Below are positions 50,376-62,800 of a stretch of 64,000 nucleotides of DNA, piece after piece. The stretch is from Camelus dromedarius (taxonomy: Eukaryota). A program made the translations under genes and the position numbers. A model generated the notes under the pieces. It did no database searches. It saw only the letters and a list, made by a program, of their open reading frames with translations, and had not been told where the DNA came from. Each line of letters starts with the position of its first letter. Position 1 is the first letter of the stretch. The stretch spans positions 11,906,001 to 11,970,000 of the forward strand of contig NC_087437.1 in the NCBI RefSeq assembly GCF_036321535.1, read 5' to 3'.

Positions 50376-50534
50376 GTCAGGGAGCTCCGGACAGGAAGGG
50401 ATAGGAGAGAAAACGTGAGATGAACTCTCCACTGGGACAGTGTAGAGCATTCCAAACACAGATGAAAACCATCAGTGGGCTCCTGCCACCAGCCTGGTGG
50501 CAAAATTGCAACATCAGCAAAACCAGATCCTCCT

Positions 50535-50670
50535 AGGCAGAGGTTACAGCTTGGTGGGTAGAGCGCCTGCTTAGCATGCATGAGGTCCTGGGTTCAATCC
50601 CCAGTACCTCCATTAAAAAACAAACAACAAACAAGCAAAAAAACCCAAGGCCAAAAACAAAACAGACCCT
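50535..50670 (+). mobile_element. tRNA-derived SINE, Vic-1-like
   Basis: tagagcgcctgcttagcatgcatgaggtcctgggttcaatccccagtacctcc; degenerate TSD aaaaccagatcctc / aaaacagaccctc. Confidence 0.8.
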
Positions 50671-52389
50671 CGCAGCTTCAGATTCTCATCTGAATCAATT
50701 TCCAATTGCTGGTCAGGACTATTTCCCCAAGTACTGAACCCAGGTGTGTATAACCAGAGCCCAGAATTCTAACCGAAATAAAACCAAAGTATTTATATAG
50801 ATATTTTAAAGAAAATTATAAGTGAAAAGTAAGGAGATGAAACCATCCTGTGCATATTTCTAGCTAGTGCTTTTCCTTAAAAGAAAGCAAAAAAATTAGA
50901 CGTATACATAATATTGAACCACGTGTAGTTCTATTATAGCTTTCCCTTTGTGGCTTGCCTTGCAAACGTTCCCAGCATTTCAGGGCGTATGGTAATCAGG
51001 CAGGACATGTCCTCAGGCAGTGCACAGGCCTTGCCAGGCCACAGCCATCCCAGTAAACACTGGCGTGGAGGGTCCCCTAAGGTAGAGGAAGTTACTTGAG
51101 GACATGTCACAGGAGGCAGCCAGGAGAAGTCAACAATTCCAAATATAACCAACTTACTGTACAAACTGAAGTGTAAACAGGAAATTATTATATTTTTTCC
51201 TCAAATCACTGGCCCTAAATGTACATGTCAAATCTTCTCCCAGGTAGAAGACCCCTTAATAAGACCCTTGGCAGATTCCCTAACTTTTCTGGGTCATTTT
51301 CTGTTATTCACTTTCACTTCTTAAAAACCCACTGAGTTTAAATTTCCAGGGTTCTCTCCCATCCAGAGCTCCCGCCCTGATCAGAGTCCTGTCCCGGGTC
51401 TAAGGAGCCTTAGTTGGAAGGGGCTGTGGCCTGTGCTTATTTCTTTTCTTGAAGCAGCACTCAAAATTCGAGGGCAATCAGTGTTTGGTTTGGGGATATC
51501 TCTTTTCCTTCCACCTTCAAGGCAAAACTCCCTTCTCCTCTGTTCTTAGGGGCTGAGGGAGGGGACGAGAGGAGGAAGGGCAAATTCCCAATGTCTAACT
51601 GCCCTCGTCACAGGCTGTCACAGCTTCTCTGGCTCATGGGAGCTGGTCATCTGTGCGCTCTTGTCCCAGGCATCCAAATGTGGGCTCTCACAGATGACAA
51701 TGTTATAAGGACACTGCCATGCCAGCCAAGATCTCACTCTCAGATGTGACTCAATGCCCTCAATGTCCCTACTACCTGACCCCATAGGGACTTGCTGGTG
51801 AGCTTCCCAGTCTCAGTGTGGCCCCTTTTTGGGTTGGGTATCAGCCACTCAGTGCGGTTTGAGTGGTGCTTGAGCTGGGAAAATCCACACACTGAAACAG
51901 ACATAGTCAGTGCTCGGCTCAGATACTCTCAAATCCTTTCCACTATTTTTGTGTGACATCCCACCTCCTCCAAATTTCTGAGTTCATTGCTTTCAACAGC
52001 TAGTACACTTGACTTTTCTTTGAAGGACGGCCCTCAAGTTACTGGAGCTTACCCAAGTGCCAAGGGATTTATTCCCCCTGGGAGGCTGTTAACCAATAAA
52101 CTGTCCAGCAAAGTACTATGAATGTCCAGCTCTCTTGAGTCAGTTTGGGAAAACTGAGAGGCTTAACTTAAACTCCAGAGCTTCGCTGCAGAATGAGTCC
52201 AAGTGTAGCTCGCTGGGGGACTTCTGAACACTTGTTTGGCTTTCTCCTCTTCCTTGTTCTGCTAGCCATTCCCTTAGTGGTTTCCCCTGGGAGCGCTTTC
52301 TTAGTAAATGGCACATAACTCCCCATTCGGGGCCTGCTCTTTGGGAACCTGACACGTTGGGTGAGAATGTAGCTCAGCCCACTGCTGCC

Positions 52390-52885
52390 CTTGGGATAGT
52401 TTAAGGTGTCAACTCGACCGGTTCCCTAGATGCCCAGATTTCTAATTAAACATGACTTGTACGTGTGTCTGTGAAGGTGTTTCTGGAAGAGATTGGCATT
52501 TGAACTGGGGGACTGAGCAAAGCAGAAGGCCCTCCTCAATGTGAGTGAATAGAACAAAAGGGTGGAGGAATAAAGAATCTGTCCTCTCTCCGCCTGAGTG
52601 CTGGAGTTGGGACTTACTTCCAACATCTCCTGCCGTCAGGCTCCTAGTTCTCAGGCCTTCACACTCTAACTGGAACCTACATCTTCAGTTCTCCAGCTCT
52701 CAGGCCTTAGAACTCCACCACGGGCTCTCCTGGGCCTCCAGCTTGCAGACAGGAGATGGTGGGCCTTCTCAGCCTCCGTAAGCATGTGAGCCAGTTCCTT
52801 AGCGTACATCTTGGTCTGCACATCTACATCTGTGTCTGTACCTCCTACACCCCCTGTTGGTTCTTTTTCTCTGGAGAACCTGCAC
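52390..52885 (+). mobile_element. MLT2-family (ERVL) solo LTR
   Basis: gtgtcaactcgac...gtctgtgaaggtgtttctggaagagattggcatttgaa...tctctggagaacc. Confidence 0.8.
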
Positions 52886-54139
52886 TTAGGCTCATCCCCT
52901 CTTTACTCTGCCATCTCTCCCCAGTTTTCCTTTTGATTACTTTCTAAGGCCTGAGTAGCAGTTTATGTTCATTTTCTCCCTCCCTGCCTGGTCTCCTTTC
53001 CTCCCTTCCTTTCTCCCTCCATTCTTTCTTTGTCTTTTTTTTCCCCCTTCTTCTTTGATCTCCCATCTAGAATAAGCCCTGTGATGCCAGATTTCAAGTC
53101 CTTTCTCTCACAGCACTCATGGAATTTTGGGGGGAGGCTGAATTGTTTTAGATTCTTTCATGGACTAATCCTCTTGATAATAATGCTCCCCTCCCACACT
53201 TTCATTACTTAAAATGGAAATGCTATTACTGCTGAGCGCAGGTTGTCATCTTTTATGAAAAGGGAATACGAGGAGGGCAGAGAAGAGGGCTCTTGAAGGT
53301 CCACTGGCTCTGGATATCACTGACGGGTCTTCCTTGTGGAATCAGACTTCCAGCTTCCAAATCTACCCAAAATAAGGGTGCAAAGCCAGAACTGATTCCT
53401 GGAGCTAGCAGTGGAAGTCAAGGGATCTCCTTGGGTTCTCCCCTGGTGAGCTGTCATCAGTTCCTCTGGTGTTTTATGATACCTGAAGCTCTGGAAAGCA
53501 GAGGAGAGAAAAAGATCAGGGAACTCACTACCAGCACAATAGTGATATGACTTCTGTTGGGTACTTAGAGTTTGAGCCAAGTGATGCCTTGGGAAGTTGA
53601 AACAAGACGCCTGGACAACAGTCGTGTAATTAAAATAGCTACATTGGCAGGAGAGGGCTCCCCCTGTCTCTGATACACAGCATTCATGAATGGAAGTGCT
53701 CAGCTTCCCGGTGGCTCTCCTTTGGAACTTGCTCATCCATTACTGGGGTAATGATTTTCCGTCTGGGCAACAGCAAAGCCAAAGGCCTATTACACAGGCA
53801 ACATAAAGTTAAAAAGACATTATGGATAAAACGTTGGCTCTGGCAGGCTTTTGCCAACTCTTCTCCAGAGAAGATTGCCTGGTGCCGACACGTGTTTATT
53901 ACAGTTAATAATGTTTACATAATTCTTCCTTGAGCTCATTAGAGCTGTCAGATCAGAAGTAAATGCGTTCCCCTCTCTGTTTATCTCTAAAGACTTCCCA
54001 GTCAATAAAGCAAGATGAATGACATCCAGGGCACAGAGGTACTCTTTGGCTGCGCAAACGCTGCCAAGTTAAATCCTCCGTCCGGGTGGGCTCCTGGTCT
54101 GATCAGTCCCTTAGTTCTTGAGCAAGAGAGCAGTGCTTC

Positions 54140-54315
54140 TCCAGTGTTAAACTGGCGTGATGATTCTTGGAATCGACCCAAGAGCTTGTTAAAACACTCA
54201 CTGCTAGGCCTCCCCTAGCGATTCTGAATCAGTTGATCCGGGGTGGGGCCCAGAAATTTGCATTTCTAGTAAGCTCTCAGGTGATGCTACAAATGCACAG
54301 CCCATACTCACTTGT
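54140..54315. mobile_element. MER5A-like DNA transposon
   Basis: gattctgaatcagttgatccggggtggggcccagaaatttgcatttcta...caggtgatgct. Confidence 0.75.
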
Positions 54316-54593
54316 TCTAGAGGTCACCTACAATCATCTTGCTTGCTTGTTGGGGAGGGGGTACCCCGGGACAATTCAGAGGCATCCTGGCCTATGGGAT
54401 GCAGCTGCAGCAGCAGCAGCGGCGGCGGCGGCTACGCAGCAGTGGCAGCAGCGGGAGCGGCGGCAGTAGCTGCAGCTGTCGCCACAGCTCGCGCGCAAAC
54501 CCCACTGGGCCCGTGCGGCTCCGCGCGGTGGTCGGGCAGCGTGGAGGGGCGGGGCCTGGTGCCGGGGGCGGGGCCTGGTGCCGGGGGCGGGGC

Positions 54594-54719
54594 GCAGAGA
54601 GCCGGGCTCCCACTGTCTGCTCTCCGCCGCCGCGGCAGGGGCTGAGGGCACAGCCAGCGGGCGGCGCGCCGCGGACTCCGAGGCAGCCCGCCGCGGACTC
54701 CGAGGCAGCCCGCCGAAAG
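54594..54719 (+). other. Probable non-coding first exon of an unidentified gene
   Basis: Directly downstream of the GC boxes, no ATG, ends at AAG|gtaaag donor; TSS position is a guess. Confidence 0.55.
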
Positions 54720-55723
54720 GTAAAGCCAGGAGAGCGCCCTGGCGGGTCTTCCTGCCCGGCAGCTGCTGTCTAAGCCCCGGGGCGTCCGGCCCCCAAACTG
54801 GGTCTGGGCGCCCAGGGCATTTGCATTGCAACCTGGCTGCTGAGCCAGGGTTTTGCGTGCACCGGGCCGGGGCCGGGGCGGGAGGTTTTGGGTCTGCAGC
54901 GGGAGCCTGCGGTCATCCCAGGACATGCGGACTCGTAGACAACTTTGCGCAGCGGTCCTACTCTAAGTTCCCTTTATTGCTATTGTCTTAGCGCCTCGCG
55001 TCTGACAGTCTCCCCGGACTCCAGCTTTGTTCTCACCAGGCCAAACCCTCGATCCCCTAAGGGCTTGAACCCGGGAGTCCCTGGCAAGTTGCACCTGCCA
55101 GCCGGATCTACCCAGGCTCCCTTCTCATCCCTGCCAGACCCAGTGCACACTAGGGCTGGGCACCTCGAGACCCGGCGCCCACGCGGCCAACGCTTTTCGC
55201 TCATTCCCCTGTGTGGTCTGGGATCGGGGCTTGGTTGTCAGACCTCCCGGATGCGCGTGATTTGGGGCTGGAGAGAGGGCGAGAAAAAGTTTGGAGCCTC
55301 GGTTAGGGCTAGGGAGCCGGCAGCTCTCGGCAGCACATGGCACGAGTTGGAGAGAGTGCTAAGGGCTTGGCGCCAGGCAGAGGGACTCGGTACCGAGAGA
55401 CTGTACCTCCAGGGCTGAGGCTCCAAGCCTGGACTGTCAGCAGAGATGAGATGCTTGTTGTGTACGCTCATTAGCAGGAAAAGGCTGTGTAATTGCAGAG
55501 AAGATGCGCGAAAAAGAGAGAGGAAGAGGGAGATACTTGGGGTATAGATATATAATTGCAGCGAACCCAGTGCACACTTTTCCCCCTCCGGATATTTTGG
55601 GAGAACTATGCACGGGATTGTCTTCTTGGACGCGAACTCCCAGGGTAGTGGTGGAGGTGGGTAGGGGGATAAGTTTTCTCCAGTGCTAGAGCTGGTTTTG
55701 AAAGCGAACAGGTGACAGGAGAC

Positions 55724-55749
55724 TGCGTGTGTGTGCGTGTGTGTGCGTG

Positions 55750-55798
<49 letters not shown>
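55724..55798. repeat. (TG)n/(CG) alternating purine-pyrimidine tract
   Basis: tgcgtgtgtgtgcgtg... about 75 bp of uninterrupted alternation. Confidence 0.95.
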
Positions 55799-55802
<4 letters not shown>

Positions 55803-58800
55803 CTGCGCGCGCAGCGGCGAGGGATGCTGGACCGCCCGCCGAGCCTCATCCCCGCCTCCCCGGTCCCCCTTCCAGCTCGCGACAGCGGTGTGAGTTTTCC
55901 TGCCACTCCCCGCCTAAAGCTGGCAGGCGAGAGGCGAAGTGATGGTCGCGGAGCAGAGCAGACAAAGGGTGCACTTGGACGACCCTCCGAGGGCGAGGCG
56001 GCTGGTGTGTGTGTATATGTGTGTGTGTATTGGGGGGGGGGGTCGTTTCTTTCCTGCCAGCTAGGGAGAAAACACTGGTAAATGGAGGATGAGGTACACG
56101 CCAGAGAAAAGCGAGGCGGGGCCCAGGAGAAAAAACCGTGCGGGAGGAAGAAGAGAGCAGAGCTTTAAAACCACCTTGCCCTATTAGCTGTAAAATTATA
56201 AATTAGTTTTCAAAAGAGATGCGGGATGCGGAAGCTAAAATTTTAGAGGATGGGGACTCAGTAAGTTTGGCTAATAAAGGTATTTTAGTGAGCGATGTTA
56301 AAGTAAGTCTGAAACCTTCGCCCAAGTTTATTGCTTGTTTTAGATAATCTCCTTTGACACATCTTTCCAGCACCTACTCTGGAAGTACCTTTTGACTGTC
56401 AGAAAGAAGTAAAAGGCATATATACACAAATAAAATGCAGTTAAAATGAAGTTTAAATGAAGCTTTGAGTAGGATTAAATGGCTTGTGTAACTGCTGCAT
56501 GTTGCTAAAGTACTGTCAGGACTATAAAATAGCCAGACAAAAATAAAGGAAAAAATAATTGTAACAAGAAAATGAAGGCTTTACAAGAACTTCGGTAATG
56601 AACACATAACAATTGATGGTATGATGCAGTAATTATTTTCGTATTTACGCCATTAACGATTGTAATTTAACGTTAATGTCCTGGTATTTTATTCCTTCTC
56701 ATTTGCAGACAAAAGCACATCTGAGACACCATCAGGGAGTAATTTGGTAATATAAAGTCATGAATAGAAAACACTAAACCATGCTCAGAACTCTGACAAC
56801 ATAAAGCGTGAAACAAAATAACCTCATTTGCTGTTTATTATCTGTCTTTATAATTCTGTTTACCATCATTTGCATAAATGAATTGCTAAATTGTATAGTA
56901 CATCCCTTTTAGGAAAAAAAATACTTGATGCTTATAGAATTACTGAGGGGGGGAGAATACTAGTAGGCAATCCTTACATTAAGCATGATAAGGATTTTTA
57001 AGAAACTTTGTGGGATTAGAAACTGGCTGGAAATAATCAGAATGCAAATTCAACCTACTTTAGGCATCTTTATTTTATTTAACTTGGTCAAGTACTTTTA
57101 ACAATATATATGTAATTAGTTAATGGGCAGACACTAAATTTCTTTCCTAGCTAATGTTAACCCAACCAAAGTACTCTACCTTGCATCATGAAGCAATTTT
57201 TGTTAATCTGGAAAAGTCTTTTTTTTTTTTTTTTCTATTCAAACTTTAAAAGGGTAAAATTTCTGAAATGAAGGGAGAGGTTTATTGAAGGAAGTGCAAA
57301 ACAAAATTTTTTCCCCAGAAATTTAAGTTATTAACATTTTGAGACAAACATCAGAGTTCATACATTTTAAAGCTATTATTAATTATTTTAACCTTAGAAT
57401 CCTTGCTGAAACTGCTTTACTCATATGATAAAGGGCTGTGGAGTAACATGCCAGCAAAACAGCTGAGCAAACGTGTAGTGGTTGGGAGGAATCAGTCCAT
57501 CATATGAATGTTTAAAAAAAATCCATTTATTCTTGCCATGCACACAAAATATCACAATGATTGAATGCACTTTTTCCTTTCCATACAAATATGCTGTTCT
57601 TATGTGGAACAGCACAATGAAATTGGTATTACCTGAGAATGGATTCCATGTGGGAATAAGAAACTCATATGTATTTTAAGTGTAGAGGGGGAAGAAAGAG
57701 TAAATGACAAGCAAACTGTTCATTATCGTGGAGACTGGTGATTGTGAAAGATCGGGGCAAGTTCTTACAGTTTTGCAATCCTGTGAACAAAGCAGGTTTT
57801 GAATATGGGTTAAATTATTATATTCTTCCTTAAAGAAAGTCTCTGTTTCTCTGTTATCACTTTTATATTCCCAATAGTTCAAAGGCCACCCAATTTCTCT
57901 GTATTTCTATTGTTCTTTATACCATTGTTCTTTAGGGAAGTTCTCAATTTTTCTTTGTTGTAAAGGGTGAAATATGACTGCTGGTTATTTCATTCATTTC
58001 TGTGACATGCATTTACTAAGTATCCATTATTAGCTACCAGATATATTGTACTAGGTGCCAAGGATTCAAAGATGAGTTAGACTCAGTCCCTGTGCTTAGA
58101 AAGTGAGGGTGACAGTTCTGTAGATAAGCAAATGAGGTAAAATGTAACCAGTGGCAGTCTGCCCTAGGGATGAAATAGATTGGGTTCAGCTTTCAGCTCT
58201 GCCTCTCACTGTGAGAACTTGTGCTAAAGTTTTAAATCTCTCTGAGCCTCAGTTTTCTTATCGGGTAAGTGGGGGAAATCATACTCTCTAGATTACAGAG
58301 TTGTGAAGATGACATGTTAACATGCTTTAATGCTTTCCGTTTTCAAAACAAACCCTGGATCTGATACTTCTCAGCATCCCTTACATCGTTTCTCTGCTCC
58401 TTGCTGCCATCAAGTTTCTGGTGATGCTAGTCTATGTGAGCTTACTTCACTTCTCTCCCCTTTACCGTCCATCCCACACCCACATGGCTTCCCCCTCTAC
58501 CACTTATGGAAACATCTGTTGAGATCAGCAGTGACCCCTGTGTGGTCAGACCCTGTGAACTACATTTTTCCTCAACGCCTTGGAGCATTTGAAAGAGTTG
58601 ATTCATCCCTTTTAGTTCATAAGCTAGTTTCTCTTGGCACCAGTGCCTTTGGTGGCTTCTATGACACTATATATTTGCAGTTTCCCTTATTAAGCTTTAA
58701 TTATTTCTCAGTCGGCTCCTCCTTCATTACTTGTCTCTGAATGGAGGTTGGACATTTGTCCAACCTTGTGGCTCCAGCCTGGGCCCTCTTCTTATATCTC

Positions 58801-59879
58801 CGTCCCACACCCAGAGGAAGTTCTATCGATAAAGAAAGTTTAAAAAGTAAGTTTAAGTAATCATAATTTTGAACAATCTATTCTTTCTTTTGGCCAACAG
58901 AGTGCAGTTAATCAAAGGTTAATCTAGAAATACAATTAAGAGACTGAGCATCAAGCATATTAAGTGTTGGTACACAGATTTTTTTTTTTTTTTTTGACAA
59001 AAAACAGAAAATGAAAGCAAAATAACTGGAGTGAGGTGTACCATTGGTGCCAGCTCTAGAACTGTTTGTTTTCTAGTCTCCCCCTCTTTTGGCTAGAAGG
59101 CCACATTCTTAGCAAAATGGGCATCCTTGAGTCTACTTCTCTTTGGAGTCACTGCATTTATGAGTAATAAGGTTTTACTTCAACAGGGTAGCATTTTCTA
59201 AAGATAGAGGCATTTTCATTTCCAAAAGTAGCACAGGAATGCAAGGAAGGTTCAATTGCAAGTGTTCATTATATTCTCTGTAAGTCTGATGTTGCTGACC
59301 TTGGCTTTTCTTTTTGGATTACAGTGGGCTGTAAACTAAGCCTGTTAGTAATTCTCCTTTCTCTTTGTCTTCTTCTCTCATCCTCTTTCTTCTCTTCCAC
59401 TGTTCCTTCCTCCCCCTTCAGGGTTTCCTTTTTACTTCTTCAGTTTCTCTTAGTCCTTTCCTTTCTTTCTCCTTTTCTCCTGTCCCTCATCTTTTTTATT
59501 GCATTTCTTCACCATCCTTAGATAAGCAAAAACAGACAACACAGAGAGATCTACATGAGCTTTTGCCCTGGCCATTACAACCATTAGAGGATTTAATCTA
59601 CCACATGCCCCCTGCCTTTTGTATTTAGTACTCTTTGCATTCATCCTTTGGAACTTATCTCAAGAACCTTAACATTCTTGCCTCAGTTTTCCCTCTGTCA
59701 ACAAATAGACATATGAGAGGTGGAAGAAAGGGATTAATGAAATGATTTGTGGATCTATAGTACCGTACTCTAGAATGATCTCTTTCCAGGAAGGAGCCTT
59801 TACCACCAGGTGATATAAAGGTGGCATCCCTACTTCCTGGGCTTGGGTAGTGTTTATGTCCATCTTCACAGTGATGATG

Positions 59880-60110
59880 ACAATAGAATAATGGTTTAAA
59901 TGATGGTAACTAATATGTACAGAGGTGATTGCTCTGTGCCAGACTGTGCTAAATGCTTGTTACATATTGTTTTGTGCATTCCTCGCTCCTAGTAGGCCCA
60001 CATTACAGATGAGGAAACAGACTAAATAAGGTTAAGTTACTTGATCAAAGGTTGCAGGGCTCAAAATATGGGGGCAGCAACTCAGTTCTTCTTAGCTGCT
60101 GTGCTCTGTG
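59880..60110. mobile_element. MIR SINE
   Basis: tgtgccagactgtgctaaatgct...ttacagatgaggaaacagact...aggttaagttacttg. Confidence 0.7.
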
Positions 60111-62199
60111 CTGCAGCAATGCTCAGGTGCTACATCTTGAATACCTTCATAGTGATAGGTAGCAGCTGGAATTCCCGGAAGCCATGGTATAGTGTCTGCT
60201 CTAACACGGACACACCACAAAGAAACGATGGGTGGGAAGAATGGCATTTGTTGGTCCTGTGGGCTCAAGCTGTAATGGGAGGTCAGCTGAGTAAATCTTA
60301 GGGTGAGGACCTTCATAGGAAAGCATGGTAACAGCAGACCATGTTCCTCTCTCTCTCTAGTGTGGCTCCTGGGGAAGCCTGAAAACCAGAGAGATTTTCA
60401 GGGTGGGATGACCTATGCGTCATAGCTTTGGAAGAACCTTAAGAGATATAAGTGACTTCTTCCTCTTCTTTCTTTCCAAGGCAACTCACTTTTAAATTTT
60501 GGAATAAACATGCTATAATTTGTCTTTAGGGAGACTGAATGGTACAAAACACCAGGTTTGAGCAGCAGAGAAACATGATGGCATTGTGGAGGTGAAATGA
60601 GCCTTGACCAAGGAATGAGCACAACAGGACCTTCTCTTCTGAAAGCGGAGGTGGTCTCTCTGATTCTTTGCAGATGCTATGGATGCTATGCATGGGGAGG
60701 GACTGAGTACGAAGGAGGCAATCGATGTTGAGTGTCTTACACGGGCTTCCAAGTTGAAGCCTGGATTCTGATGCAGCTCATTCCACAACCTAGTTTGAAC
60801 TGTATGAGAAAGAGGGCAGTCCAAAAACAGGATTCTTCCAACAGCTTCCTGACTGGTGACCTTGTTTCTATCCTCGCCTCACATAGTTGCTAGATTGGCC
60901 TTATTCAAAATGTTAATCAGAATAACACACTTCCCTTGTGAGGGTCCTCCCATAGCATCCTAATTGTCTCTCTTATTAAAAACCCAAGACCTTGCAGGGG
61001 CCCAGGAGGCTTTTCATGATCTGCCCCCTGTTATCCTTCTGACCTCATCCTCTGGCCTATTTTGTTGAATAAATGAATGACTCTTGAGCGAACCAGGGAC
61101 GATTCAAGATGCTTAATGGTGTCTTTTGAACAAATAAAGAAGGAAACCCTTGCTGTTTAAATGGAGACACTAGAAAAGTTAAGGTTGGAAAGGAAAGGCA
61201 TAGGGACATTTTAGTGAGTGGATGAATGAGAATAAAAGTAGTATATCAGAACTGCTGGATGCTAACCTAGAGTTTCCATCATTTATTTATTCTTCATTTA
61301 ATAAAGTATTTATTGAGACTCTACTGTGTACCAGGCACTGATGTAAAGGCTGGCTGTCCATCAGTGAACAAGAAGGCAAAGTTGCTGGCCTCTTGTGGCT
61401 GACATTCTACTAGGAGACATAGATTACAGTAAAGTAGACAAATGAAGCGATAATTTCAGATAACAGAACGTTCTATAAAGAAACATGTAGCATAGAGTTG
61501 GAGGGAGGAGAGGTTTAATTACAGATCCCACACCCTCTGGATTTTTAACCCCGAGTGATGTGGTCCTCTGTCTCCCCTCTCCTGTGCCGAAAATGATACT
61601 CAAGGAAGCATACAGTTTAAATAGTTGTGTACAGTGTGAATACATGATCTTGTCTTCCTGGAGATTTTTTCCCTAGTAGCATAAGGGTTACTTTTAAAAT
61701 ATTCTTTGAAAAACAAACGATTTAACAAAAGAAGGTCCCAGATTGGTGGCTTCTGTGAATCTACTTTGCATTTCATTTTAAACCTGTAGCAAATGTTTCA
61801 CTGATACAATGATAATTCTAGGATTCTTTTGATAAAAAACATAATGAAGACGCCATACATGGAGTAGAGAGCATTCCTCACACAGCAATACATTCAACGT
61901 TATAGTTAAAAGAGATCATTCTGACAAAACTTAAATTGAAGAGGCTCAATTTCCATGTGATTTATCATTACTTAATTTTCTCAGTACCAATTTTGGCCCC
62001 TTTATTTTCTGGTTTGTGTGAATTCATTACGGCAGTGGTAGAAAACAAATGCAGGCTCCAAATCAATAAGTTTGGCTTAGAAACATAGATGATTAAGGAT
62101 GAGGTTAATGATTGACAACAGAGAAATGGTGATCGCTATGGACAAAGCATTCAGAGCCTTTCTAATGCCACCTGCTAGGGTCACTGGTGACCAAGGGGC

Positions 62200-62800
62200 C
62201 TTTATTAGTTTTCCATCACTGCCTGAATAAATTAACACAAACTTAGTGGCTGAAAACATCCCAAGTTTATTATCGTATAGCCTCTGTAGGTGAGAAGTCC
62301 AGGCAGGCCTGGCTGGATATTCTGCTTAGGGTCTCACAAGGCCCAAAATCCAGGGGTGGCCAGCCTGGCTTTTATCTGGAAAGAATTTGCTTCCAGGCTC
62401 ACTCATGTGGTTGGGAGAATTCAGTTCCATGTGGTTGGAACTGAGGTCCTCACTTCCTTGTGGGCTGTCAACTGGGAATCAGGCTCAACTTGTGGAGGCA
62501 TTTCTTGGCTCATGGACCCTTCCATCTTCAAAACCAGCAAGAGTGGGCTCAGTCCTCCTCACGCATCTAATCTCTCTGACTCTCTTTCCCCATATCTCTC
62601 CGGCCTCCAGCCAGAGAAAGTTCTCTGCTTCATAAGGGTTCATGTGCTTAGACCGAGCCCACGCAGATAATCCAGGATATTCTCCCATTTCAGGGTCAGC
62701 TGATGAGTGACCTTAATTACATCTGCAACGTCCCCTTTCCCAAGTCAGGTAATATGTTCACAGGAGTGACATTAGACAGCAGGGGCCAGAACTTTGTCTA
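62200..62800 (-). mobile_element. MLT1-family MaLR LTR
   Basis: cacaaacttagtggctgaaaaca...gaattcagttccat...ccttaattacatctgcaa. Confidence 0.75.

Larger units (their letters stand above)
54380..56190. promoter_or_regulatory. CpG island / promoter
   Basis: Abrupt rise in GC and CpG density against an AT-rich background; three GGGGCGGGGC boxes at 54546-54593; no TATA box. Confidence 0.9.

Noticed and set aside
54394..54645. ATG ORF starting MGCSCSSSSGGGG, resembling an N-acylation signal
   Set aside because: Produced by the CAG/CGG repeat, lies upstream of and across the GC boxes, and has a weak -3 Kozak position.
54339..56081. Long overlapping ORFs (up to 222 aa) in the CpG island
   Set aside because: Expected from GC-rich, stop-poor DNA and (TG)n; low-complexity translations on both strands with no recognisable domain.
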